Source of the DNA: Dermatophilaceae bacterium
GTDB lineage: Bacteria > Actinomycetota > Actinomycetes > Actinomycetales > Dermatophilaceae
Direction of reading: 5' to 3'
Length of the DNA: 41,084 bases
NCBI GenBank assembly: GCA_036382455.1
Contig: DASVHT010000287.1
Span: 1 to 41,084 of the forward strand
The notes beneath the pieces are model-generated. The model did no database searches, was not told the DNA's origin, and was given only the letters and a program-made list of their open reading frames with translations. Within the stretch, counting starts at the first letter, position 1. Every line of letters starts with the position of its first letter. The position numbers and the translations under genes were made by a program. Positions 27,581 to 35,261 of this stretch are shown here, piece after piece.

Positions 27581-28561
27581 TCAGGGCTGGGGGCTCTCCC
27601 ACCTCTGTTGACGGGTCATCGCAGCGGCGCGGCCCTTGGCCGAGATCACCAGGGCCATCTTGCGGGAGGCCTCGTCGATCATCTCGTCGCCGAGCATGAC
27701 CGCCCCCAGCTTGCCGCCAGCCTCCGAGGTGAAGTAGTCGTAGGCGTCCAGGATGTTCTCGGCGTGGTCGTAGTCGCCCTGGCGCGGGCTGTAGACCTCG
27801 TTGGCCGGGCCGAGCTGACCGGGGTGCAGGACCCACTTGCCGTCGAAACCAAGGGCTGCGGATCGCCCTGCCACCCTGCGGAACCCCTCGATGTCCTTGA
27901 TCTGCAGGTACGGTCCGTCGATCGCCTGCTTGTCGTAGGCGCGTGCCGCCATGAGGATCGACATGAGGATGTAGTGGTACGCATCGCCCACGTCGTAGCC
28001 CTGCGGCTGCTCACCGACCACCAGGCTCTTCATGTTGATGGATGCCATGAAGTCGGCCGGCCCGAAGATGATCGTCTCGACCCGCTGGCTCGCGGCCGCG
28101 ATGGCGTTGACATTCGTGAGGCCCAGGGCGTTCTCGATCTGCGCCTCGATGCCGATCCTGCCGACCTCCAGCCCGGTGGACTTCTCGATCTGCGTCAGCA
28201 GGAGATCGAGCGCAACGACCTGTTCGGGTGTCTGGACCTTGGGCAGCATGATGGCGTCCAGGTTGGCGCCAGCGCCCTCGACCACCTCGACCACATCGGC
28301 ATACGTCCACTGCGTCGTCCAGTCGTTGACCCGGACAGAGCGGATCGTGCTGCCCCAGCCGCCCTCGTTGAGACCCGCGACGATGTTCTTGCGCGCATCC
28401 GGCTTGGCCAGAGGCGCCACAGCGTCTTCGATGTCGAGGAAGACCTGGTCGGCGCCAAGGCCCCTGGCCTTGTCGATCATCTTGGTGCTGGAGCCGGGCA
28501 CCGCGAGGTTGGAACGTCGGGAGCGCAGTGGGCGGGCGGGCATCGATGGCACGGAAGTCAT
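27581..28561 (-). CDS. citE: CitE-like HpcH/HpaI-family beta-hydroxyacyl-CoA (citramalyl/malyl/HMG-CoA type) lyase
   Basis: The product reads RSNLAVPGSSTKMIDKARGLGADQVFLDIEDAV...IMLPKV...IEAQIENALG, which carries the citrate lyase beta-subunit family signatures. Confidence 0.8.
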   Translation of the reverse strand: MTSVPSMPARPLRSRRSNLAVPGSSTKMIDKARGLGADQVFLDIEDAVAPLAKPDARKNIVAGLNEGGWGSTIRSVRVNDWTTQWTYADVVEVVEGAGANLDAIMLPKVQTPEQVVALDLLLTQIEKSTGLEVGRIGIEAQIENALGLTNVNAIAAASQRVETIIFGPADFMASINMKSLVVGEQPQGYDVGDAYHYILMSILMAARAYDKQAIDGPYLQIKDIEGFRRVAGRSAALGFDGKWVLHPGQLGPANEVYSPRQGDYDHAENILDAYDYFTSEAGGKLGAVMLGDEMIDEASRKMALVISAKGRAAAMTRQQRWESPQP

Positions 28562-28592
28562 GATGGGAGGCTACCCAGCGGTATGCCGGGTC

Positions 28593-28611
28593 GTCACCCC
28601 GCAGGGGTGAC
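28593..28611. promoter_or_regulatory. Perfect 8-3-8 palindrome in a divergent promoter region
   Basis: The sequence gtcacccc-gca-ggggtgac lies between the citE-like start (28561) and the hypothetical gene start (28651). Confidence 0.3.
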
Positions 28612-28650
28612 CTTCCCGACGCGAACCGACGGCGGGCTAGGCTTCGCAGC

Positions 28651-29157
28651 GTGACCGACCTGAGCAGCCTCCTCTCCGCAGTAGGCAAGAAGACCGGACT
28701 GCTGTGGATCGACATCCCCGGCGACCGGGCCTGGCCCGCTTGGCATGCGTGGCTCGAGGACACGGCATACGTCGTCACCGGCCCCGGCGAGCAGAGCCTG
28801 CCCGTGCTTCCCGCAGAGGTCGCGATGACATTCCGCAGCAAGGACACCGGAGGACTGCTGGTCAAGGTGCCCGCCCACGCGACCGTCATCACCCCCGAGG
28901 ACCAGCGCTGGGAGGACGCCACCACGGCACTGAAGACGTCCCGCCTCAACGCCCCGGCCGGTGACATCGTCGCGCGGTGGGCCGCCGAGGCCACGATCTA
29001 CGCACTGACTCCCCACGGCGACGCCATCGAGGGTCCGGGCAGCTATTCGCAGGAGTCCGGTGTGGCACAGCCGGCCTCGACACCAGCCACCACTCTCACC
29101 TGGCGCCCTTGGCATCTCAAGGGTCGACCGAAGTGGCGTCGCGGCACACGCCACTGA
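28651..29157 (+). CDS. Hypothetical protein (168 aa), no recognisable motif
   Basis: It is the only long ORF with coding-like composition in this interval. It uses a GTG start, ends in a basic C-terminus (KGRPKWRRGTRH), and lies 18 nt upstream of the MgtE-N/CBS gene. Confidence 0.5.
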   Translation: MTDLSSLLSAVGKKTGLLWIDIPGDRAWPAWHAWLEDTAYVVTGPGEQSLPVLPAEVAMTFRSKDTGGLLVKVPAHATVITPEDQRWEDATTALKTSRLNAPAGDIVARWAAEATIYALTPHGDAIEGPGSYSQESGVAQPASTPATTLTWRPWHLKGRPKWRRGTRH

Positions 29158-29175
29158 TCCGGATAGCCTTGCGGC

Positions 29176-30480
29176 GTGAGCCCCATGACGCGCGTCTTCG
29201 TGGCACGCCTGGCCGGACTGAGGGTGTTCGACCCACTCGGTGACCCGGTTGGCAGAGTCTCGGACGTCGTCGTGCACTTCAGCCCTCGACGGAGGGCGCC
29301 CCGCGTGATCGGCCTCGTGGTCGAGGTGGCTGGAAGACGCCGGGTCTTCGTCCCCATGACGCGTGTCACCAGCGTCGATGCCGGGCAGGTCATCACCACA
29401 GGCCTGGTCAACATGCGCCGGTTCGAGCAGCGGACCAGCGAGACGTTGGTGATCGCCGAGCTGTTCGAGCGCAACATCGTCGTCCAGACACCGGAAGAGA
29501 CGTTCGACGCGGCGGTCGAGGATCTGGCCATCGAGCAGGAGCGCAACCGGGACTGGTTCATCGTCAAGGTCTTCGCCCGCAAGGGATCCGGCGGCACGCG
29601 CAGCATCTCCCGTCTCGGACGTCGGCGCGGCGAGACAGTCCTGGTGGACATCGACCAGGTAACCGGGCTGCAGCTCGAGGCAGAGGGCCAGAGCGCCACC
29701 AAGCTGCTCGAGAGCTACGAGGGCCTCAAGCCCGCCGACCTCGCCGAGGTCATCCACGATCTCAGCCCCAAGCGCCGGGCCGAGGTCGCCGCTGAGCTCG
29801 ACGACGAGAGGCTCGCAGACGTTCTCGAGGAGCTGCCCGAGGACGACCAGGTCGAGATCCTGCGAGGGCTGGGCGGCGAGCGCGCGGCCGACGTCCTGGA
29901 GACCATGCAGCCTGACGACGCCGCCGACCTGCTGTCCGAGCTCTCACCGGAGAACGCCGAGGAGCTGCTGCTCCTGATGGAGCCCGACGAGGCCGCCGAC
30001 CTGCGTAGGTTGCTCACCTACGACGAGGACACCGCAGGTGGTCTGATGACGACCGAGCCGGTCATCCTCGGTCCCGAGGCCACGATCGCCGAGGCGCTCG
30101 CGGTGGTGCGGCGGGTCGAGCTCTCGCCCGCACTTGCCGCCACCGTCTATGTATGCCGTTCGCCCCTGGAGACGCCGACCGGCAAGTTCCTGGGGGTGGT
30201 CCACATCCAGCGCCTCCTGCGTGAGCCTCCGCACGCGTCCATCGGCAGCATCCTCGACACAGACCTGGAGCCGTTGTCCCCCGACGCTCCGCTCGGCCGG
30301 GTCACGCGAATGCTCGCGACCTACAACCTCGTCGGCGTCCCGGTTGTCGACGAGGACGGCCGGCTCGTGGGGGCTGTGACCGTCGATGACGTGCTGGACC
30401 ACATCCTTCCCGAGGACTGGCGCGAGGAGCGGCACGGCGAACCGCACGAGGAACAGCTCGAGGTGACGCATGGCGAATGA
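29176..30480 (+). CDS. Soluble MgtE-like sensor protein: PRC-barrel, MgtE N-domain and CBS pair, with no transmembrane domain
   Basis: The MgtE_N repeats read DLAEVIHDLSP..LADVLEELPEDDQVEIL..AADLLSEL..EELLLLMEPDEAADL. The CBS pair begins at TAGGLMTTEPV. The protein ends right after the second CBS domain. It is Rv1232c-like. Confidence 0.8.
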   Translation: MSPMTRVFVARLAGLRVFDPLGDPVGRVSDVVVHFSPRRRAPRVIGLVVEVAGRRRVFVPMTRVTSVDAGQVITTGLVNMRRFEQRTSETLVIAELFERNIVVQTPEETFDAAVEDLAIEQERNRDWFIVKVFARKGSGGTRSISRLGRRRGETVLVDIDQVTGLQLEAEGQSATKLLESYEGLKPADLAEVIHDLSPKRRAEVAAELDDERLADVLEELPEDDQVEILRGLGGERAADVLETMQPDDAADLLSELSPENAEELLLLMEPDEAADLRRLLTYDEDTAGGLMTTEPVILGPEATIAEALAVVRRVELSPALAATVYVCRSPLETPTGKFLGVVHIQRLLREPPHASIGSILDTDLEPLSPDAPLGRVTRMLATYNLVGVPVVDEDGRLVGAVTVDDVLDHILPEDWREERHGEPHEEQLEVTHGE

Positions 30481-31048
30481 GAGGGCCGACCGGGCCGACC
30501 GGGCCGCCCGGTTGGATCAGCCGCGAGAGGCGAGGCGCGGTCTGTTCACCAGGCCACAGGTCGACCCCGACACGTTCGGACGCTTCGCCGAGAAGTTCGC
30601 GCGCTACATGGGGACGGCCAAGTTCCTCGTCTACATGACCGTCTTCGTGATGGTCTGGGTCACGGCCAACGTCATCGGGATCCACCACTACAAGTGGGAC
30701 ATCTACCCGTTCATCTTCCTCACGCTCCTGCTCAGCCTGCAGGCGTCGTATGCCGCGCCGCTCATCCTGTTGGCCCAGAACCGTCAGACGGACCGGGACC
30801 GGGTCGCTCTCGAGCAGGACCGGGCCAGCAACGATCGCAACCTGGCCGACACCGAGTTCCTCACGCGCGAAGTGGCCTCCCTGCGAATTGCGTTGCGGGA
30901 CATGGCGACCCGCGACTTTCTCCGCTCTGAGCTGCGGTCGCTGCTGGACGAGATGCAGGAACGCGGCATCCAGCGACCGGCCGAAGGCCGGCCCTTCCTG
31001 TCCGGTGATACGCCTCCCACGGCGTTCGAGGGTCCGCGGCTGACCTAG
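30470..31048 (+). CDS. DUF1003-family membrane protein
   Basis: It has two TM helices (FLVYMTVFVMVWVTANVI, YPFIFLTLLLSLQASYAAPLILL) and the motif AQNRQTDRDR. It overlaps the upstream gene by 11 nt. Confidence 0.8.
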   Translation: MANERADRADRAARLDQPREARRGLFTRPQVDPDTFGRFAEKFARYMGTAKFLVYMTVFVMVWVTANVIGIHHYKWDIYPFIFLTLLLSLQASYAAPLILLAQNRQTDRDRVALEQDRASNDRNLADTEFLTREVASLRIALRDMATRDFLRSELRSLLDEMQERGIQRPAEGRPFLSGDTPPTAFEGPRLT

Positions 31049-31057
31049 CATTGAGCC

Positions 31058-32191
31058 ATGCCAGCTCCGTCGCAGGACGCCCTCTTAGCCGCCCTCTCCA
31101 AGGTCATCGACCCCGAGATCCGCAAGCCGATCACCGAGCTCGGCATGGTCGAGTCGGTCGGCGTCGACGAGTCCGGGCGAGCCGCCGTCACCATCCTGCT
31201 GACGATCTCTGGCTGCCCCCTCAAGGAAACCCTGACCCGCGACACCACGGCTGCGCTTCTGGCCGTCGAAGGCGTCACGAGCGTCGGCGTGACTCTGGGG
31301 GTCATGAGCGACGAGCAGCGCACCGAGCTGCGAACCACCCTGCGTGGCGGCAACACCGAGCGTGAGATCCCCTTCGCCCAGCCCAACAGCCTGACCCGGG
31401 TCTACTGCGTGGCTTCGGGCAAGGGCGGCGTGGGTAAGTCGTCGGTGACGGTCAACCTCGCTGCCGCCATGGCGCAGGATGGCCTGCGGGTCGGCGTGGT
31501 GGACGCGGACGTCTACGGCTTCTCGGTGCCGCGCATGCTCGGCGTCGAACGGCACCCCACCCAGGTCGATGACATGATCCTGCCGCCGCTGGCCCACGAC
31601 GTGAAGGTCATCTCGATCGGCATGTTCGTCCCGGGCAACCAGCCCGTCGTCTGGCGCGGGCCCATGCTGCATCGGGCGCTGCAGCAGTTCCTGGGTGACG
31701 TGTTCTGGGGTGACCTGGATGTGTTGCTGCTCGACCTGCCGCCGGGAACCGGCGACATCGCGATCTCGGTGGCACAGCTCATTCCGAACGCTGAGATCCT
31801 GGTTGTGACCACGCCGCAAAAAGCTGCCTCCGAGGTTGCCGAACGCGCCGGTTCCATTGCGCTGCAGACACATCAGCAGATCGCCGGGGTCATCGAGAAC
31901 ATGTCGTGGCTCGAGCTCCCGGACGGCACCCGCCACGAGATCTTCGGTGCCGGTGGAGGCCAGGTCGTCGCCGACTCGTTGACACGCTCGATCGGCGCGC
32001 CGGTTCCGTTGCTGGGCCAGATCCCCATGGACACCCGACTGCGCGAAGGCGCCGACTCCGGGATGCCGGTCGTTCTGGGCGAGCCCGACAGCCCCTCGGC
32101 GGTTGTCCTGCGCGAGATCGCCCGCGGCCTCTCGACCCGTGCTCGTGGGCTCGCAGGTCGCTCGCTCGGGCTGACTCCCGCCGGTAGATAA
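31058..32191 (+). CDS. mrp: Mrp/ApbC/NBP35-family Fe-S cluster carrier ATPase with an N-terminal DUF59-like domain
   Basis: It has VIDPEIRKPITELGMV (DUF59/FeS-assembly SUF-type), the deviant Walker A SGKGGVGKSS, and GVIENMS. Confidence 0.9.
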   Translation: MPAPSQDALLAALSKVIDPEIRKPITELGMVESVGVDESGRAAVTILLTISGCPLKETLTRDTTAALLAVEGVTSVGVTLGVMSDEQRTELRTTLRGGNTEREIPFAQPNSLTRVYCVASGKGGVGKSSVTVNLAAAMAQDGLRVGVVDADVYGFSVPRMLGVERHPTQVDDMILPPLAHDVKVISIGMFVPGNQPVVWRGPMLHRALQQFLGDVFWGDLDVLLLDLPPGTGDIAISVAQLIPNAEILVVTTPQKAASEVAERAGSIALQTHQQIAGVIENMSWLELPDGTRHEIFGAGGGQVVADSLTRSIGAPVPLLGQIPMDTRLREGADSGMPVVLGEPDSPSAVVLREIARGLSTRARGLAGRSLGLTPAGR

Positions 32192-32192
32192 G

Positions 32193-32282
32193 CCCGGCGC
32201 AGACACCGAAAACCCGCCGCAGACACGAAAGCCCGCCGCAGAGACGTAGTCACGCTGCAGGCACGTAACCCGGCGCAGACGA
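32193..32282 (+). repeat. Five head-to-tail degenerate ~19-bp repeats (consensus CCCG[G/C]CGCAGACAC)
   Basis: Copies start at 32193, 32213, 32232, 32251 (degenerate, cacgctgcaggcac) and 32269. The array begins 2 nt after the mrp stop and lies upstream of the ArsR-regulated operon. Confidence 0.7.
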
Positions 32283-32324
32283 CCCAGCCGCCCGCGACAA
32301 CGACCATCTCCGCATGCCTTCGGC

Positions 32325-32356
32325 TCAACACTGATGACTATCTGATAGTTTCATCA
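32325..32356 (+). promoter_or_regulatory. AT-rich imperfect palindrome (candidate ArsR-family operator) overlapping a candidate promoter
   Basis: TGATGACTATC-T-GATAGTTTCATCA spans 32332-32356, with inner arms ctatc/gatag and outer arms tgatga/tcatca. A possible -35 tcaaca (32325-32330) and -10 tagttt (32347-32352) are spaced 16 nt apart. The site is 32 nt upstream of the ArsR ATG and is the most AT-rich spot in the window. Confidence 0.45.
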
Positions 32357-32387
32357 TGTGCGTATTTGAGTGAAGGAGCATCAATCG

Positions 32388-32741
32388 ATGTCAGATCCGA
32401 TCTACACGTTGAAAGCTGAGTTCTTCAAGACCCTTGGGCACCCTGCACGGATCCGGATTCTGGAGCTTCTCGCCGAAGGCGAGCACTCGGTGACCGAGCT
32501 CATGCCGAAGCTCGGGCTCGAGTCCTCCCACCTTTCACAGCAGCTCGCGGTACTGCGCAGGGCCGGGATGGTGACGGCCCGCAAGCAGGGAAACAACGTG
32601 ATCTACTCGATGAGCTCGACGGATATGGCCGAGCTGCTCATGGTCGCCCGGAAGGTGCTGACCGGACTGCTCACCGACCAGGTGGGCCTGCTGAAGGACC
32701 TGCAAGCCAGCAGCAGGGCCACCGAACGAGCCAGCCGCTGA
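32388..32741 (+). CDS. ArsR/SmtB-family transcriptional regulator lacking Cys metal ligands (Rv0081-like)
   Basis: The wHTH reads LGHPARIRILELLAEGEHSVTELMPKLGLESSHLSQQLAVLRRAGMV. The protein has no cysteine, so there is no ELCVCD-type site. ATG 32388 is preceded by GAAGGAG. Confidence 0.85.
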   Translation: MSDPIYTLKAEFFKTLGHPARIRILELLAEGEHSVTELMPKLGLESSHLSQQLAVLRRAGMVTARKQGNNVIYSMSSTDMAELLMVARKVLTGLLTDQVGLLKDLQASSRATERASR

Positions 32742-32778
32742 TGAGTCCCGCCAAAACCTCGCAGCAGGAGAAGCACCG

Positions 32779-33258
32779 ATGAGCTGGCTCGCGAAGATCC
32801 GCCGGGTCGGGCGCATGGTGGAGCCGGCGGGTGAGGCCCCTGAGGTGACCGTCGCCCCTCCCACGGGTGTCACCGGCTCCCTTCAGCTCCGGCACGTGGA
32901 CTCAGGTTCCTGCAACGGCTGTGAGCTCGAGATCGCCGGCGCCTTCTCCCCCGTGTATGACGCGGAGCGGTTCGGAGCGCGCCTGGTCGCCTCACCCCGC
33001 CACGCCGACGCAGTGCTCGCGACGGGCGTGGTCACCCACAACATGCGCCAACCGCTGCTCAACACCTTGAACGCGGTTCCGGAGCCCCGCCTCGTGATCG
33101 CCGTTGGCGACTGCGCCTGCAATGGCGGTGTGTTCACCAAGGGTTACGGCGTGGTCGGTCCGGTCGGCGACGTCATACCAGTGGATGTGCACGTGCCCGG
33201 CTGTCCGCCCACCCCCCCGCAGATCATCGCGGCCCTGCGAACGGTGACCGGTCGGTGA
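32779..33258 (+). CDS. NuoB / group-4 hydrogenase small-subunit-like protein (single [4Fe-4S] motif set retained)
   Basis: It has GSCNGCELE, GDCACNGGVF and PGCPPTP, the four Cys of the proximal/N2-type cluster. At 159 aa it matches Rv0082. An AGGAGA RBS is present. Confidence 0.85.
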   Translation: MSWLAKIRRVGRMVEPAGEAPEVTVAPPTGVTGSLQLRHVDSGSCNGCELEIAGAFSPVYDAERFGARLVASPRHADAVLATGVVTHNMRQPLLNTLNAVPEPRLVIAVGDCACNGGVFTKGYGVVGPVGDVIPVDVHVPGCPPTPPQIIAALRTVTGR

Positions 33259-35261
33259 GCACCGCGGTTCACAGCCCCCCCATGCTGCCGGCGCCGGTGG
33301 GTGGCCCCGTGCCCGAGCGCCACGTCGGTGCTGAGGCAGCGTTGTCCGGAGGTCTCACCTCCCTCCTGGGAGCGGCCGGGCTGGCTCTGGGCCTGAGCGT
33401 GATCTTCGGCGACCCCCGGCATCTGCGGATCGGCTGGCTGCTGCCCCTGGTCGGCGTCAGCTTCGATCTCGATCCCCTTGGCGGGGTGTTCGTAGCGGCG
33501 ACAGGCGCGGTCTCGGTCGCGGTCGGGGTCTACTCCGTCGGGTACGCCAAACGGGGACGCTGGGCTCGTCTTCCGATGGTCACACTGCCACTGTTCGTGG
33601 CCGGCTTGCTCCTCGTTCCGGCGGCGGGATCGGTGACAACGTTTCTGCTGTCCTGGGAGCTGATGGCCGCGACGTCGCTTGTCCTCGTGCTTTCCGAGCA
33701 CCGACGTGATGCCGTGAGGTCCGCCGGGGCGTTCTACGCGGTCATGACCCAGCTGGGTTTCGTGGCGATCCTGCTCGCCCTGGTGATTCTGGCCGCCGCC
33801 GGCGGCGGAGACACCTTCGCGACCATCGCCGCGCACGCACCCGGGCTCACGTCCGGCACCCGAACAACGGTGTTTCTGCTGACGCTCGTGGGATTCGGGT
33901 CGAAGGCTGGTCTGCTGCCACTGCATGCATGGCTGCCGAAGGCGCACCCTGAAGCACCCAGCCCGGTCTCGGCCTTGATGAGCGCGGCGATGGTCAACAT
34001 GGGCATCTATGGCATCATCCGGATCGACCTCCAGCTGCTCGGCCCGGGCCCCCACTGGTGGGGACTGACGCTCATGATCTTCGGGGCGCTCTCAGCAGTC
34101 TTCGGGGTGCTGCAGGCCTCCGTGGCGACCGACCTGAAGCAGCTGTTGGCCTACTCAACCACCGAGAACATGGGACTGGTCACCCTGGCTCTGGGTGCCG
34201 CCGCCCTTCTTAGCTCCTCCGGCGCCCCGGCAGTGGCCGCGATCGCGATGACGGCCGCACTCCTGCACCTCCTGAGCCATGCTGCCTTCAAGTCCCTCGG
34301 TTTCCTGGCCGCTGGATCCGTGCTGTCCGCGACCGGCCTGCGCGACCTGGACAAGCTCGGGGGGCTGGCCCGCCGTATGCCCGCCACGACCGTTCTGTTC
34401 GGCATTGCCGCGCTCGGCGCGTCAGGGCTTCCGCTGGGTGCAGGCTTCGCCAGCGAGTGGCTCCTGTTCCAAAGCCTCATCCACTCCCCCCACGACTCCA
34501 ACACGGTGCTCGCACTTGCGATGCCATTGTCGGTGGGCGCTGTCGCACTCACGACCGGGCTCGGGATCGCAGCCATGGTCAAGGCGTTCGGGGTCGGGTT
34601 CCTGGCCAGGCCACGTACGGCGGCCGCTGGGGCCGCCCGCGAAGCACCGGCCAGCATGCTTGCCGGCATGTCTCTGGCCGCCGCGGCCTGCACCGTGTTC
34701 GCGGTCGCACCGGTCCTGCTCGGCCCGACCCTCCGGCATGTGCTGGGCGAGCTGCCCACACTCGGTGGCAGCGCCGAGGGTCCGGCGCTCGGCACGATCC
34801 TGCGCCTGCCGGGTGTGGCCGGCTCGATCTCCCCGGGACTGCTCGCAGCTGCCCTCGTCATCGCCATCCTGCTCGCCGCCGGTATCGCCCGCTGGAGCAC
34901 GCGACACCGCCCTCCGGCGACGGAGACAGCGCTCTGGGCATGTGGCGCCGACGCACTCGGCCCAAGGATGCAGTACACCGCCACGTCCTTCGCGGAACCC
35001 CTGCAGCGCGTCTTCGACGACATCCTGCGGCCCGACACCGACGTGGAGATCACCCACTTCGCGGAGTCGCAGTACCTCGTCGAGAAGGTCACCTACCGAA
35101 CCCGGCTGGACGACCCGGTGGAGCAACGCTTCTACACCCCGGTGGTCCGTGCCGTGAGGATGTGGGCCCAGCTGGTACGACGCGCTCACAACGGCAGCAT
35201 CCACCTCTACCTGACGTACGGCGCCCTGTGGATGCTGATCGTGCTCCTGGTCGCAAAATGA
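33255..35261 (+). CDS. NuoL/HyfB-like antiporter-type membrane subunit
   Basis: It is 668 aa and polytopic, with Mrp/NuoL signatures (LPLHAWLPKAHPEAPSPVSALMSAAMVNMGIYGIIR, LAYSTTENMG). It has a GTGA overlap with the upstream gene. Confidence 0.85.
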   Translation: MSTAVHSPPMLPAPVGGPVPERHVGAEAALSGGLTSLLGAAGLALGLSVIFGDPRHLRIGWLLPLVGVSFDLDPLGGVFVAATGAVSVAVGVYSVGYAKRGRWARLPMVTLPLFVAGLLLVPAAGSVTTFLLSWELMAATSLVLVLSEHRRDAVRSAGAFYAVMTQLGFVAILLALVILAAAGGGDTFATIAAHAPGLTSGTRTTVFLLTLVGFGSKAGLLPLHAWLPKAHPEAPSPVSALMSAAMVNMGIYGIIRIDLQLLGPGPHWWGLTLMIFGALSAVFGVLQASVATDLKQLLAYSTTENMGLVTLALGAAALLSSSGAPAVAAIAMTAALLHLLSHAAFKSLGFLAAGSVLSATGLRDLDKLGGLARRMPATTVLFGIAALGASGLPLGAGFASEWLLFQSLIHSPHDSNTVLALAMPLSVGAVALTTGLGIAAMVKAFGVGFLARPRTAAAGAAREAPASMLAGMSLAAAACTVFAVAPVLLGPTLRHVLGELPTLGGSAEGPALGTILRLPGVAGSISPGLLAAALVIAILLAAGIARWSTRHRPPATETALWACGADALGPRMQYTATSFAEPLQRVFDDILRPDTDVEITHFAESQYLVEKVTYRTRLDDPVEQRFYTPVVRAVRMWAQLVRRAHNGSIHLYLTYGALWMLIVLLVAK

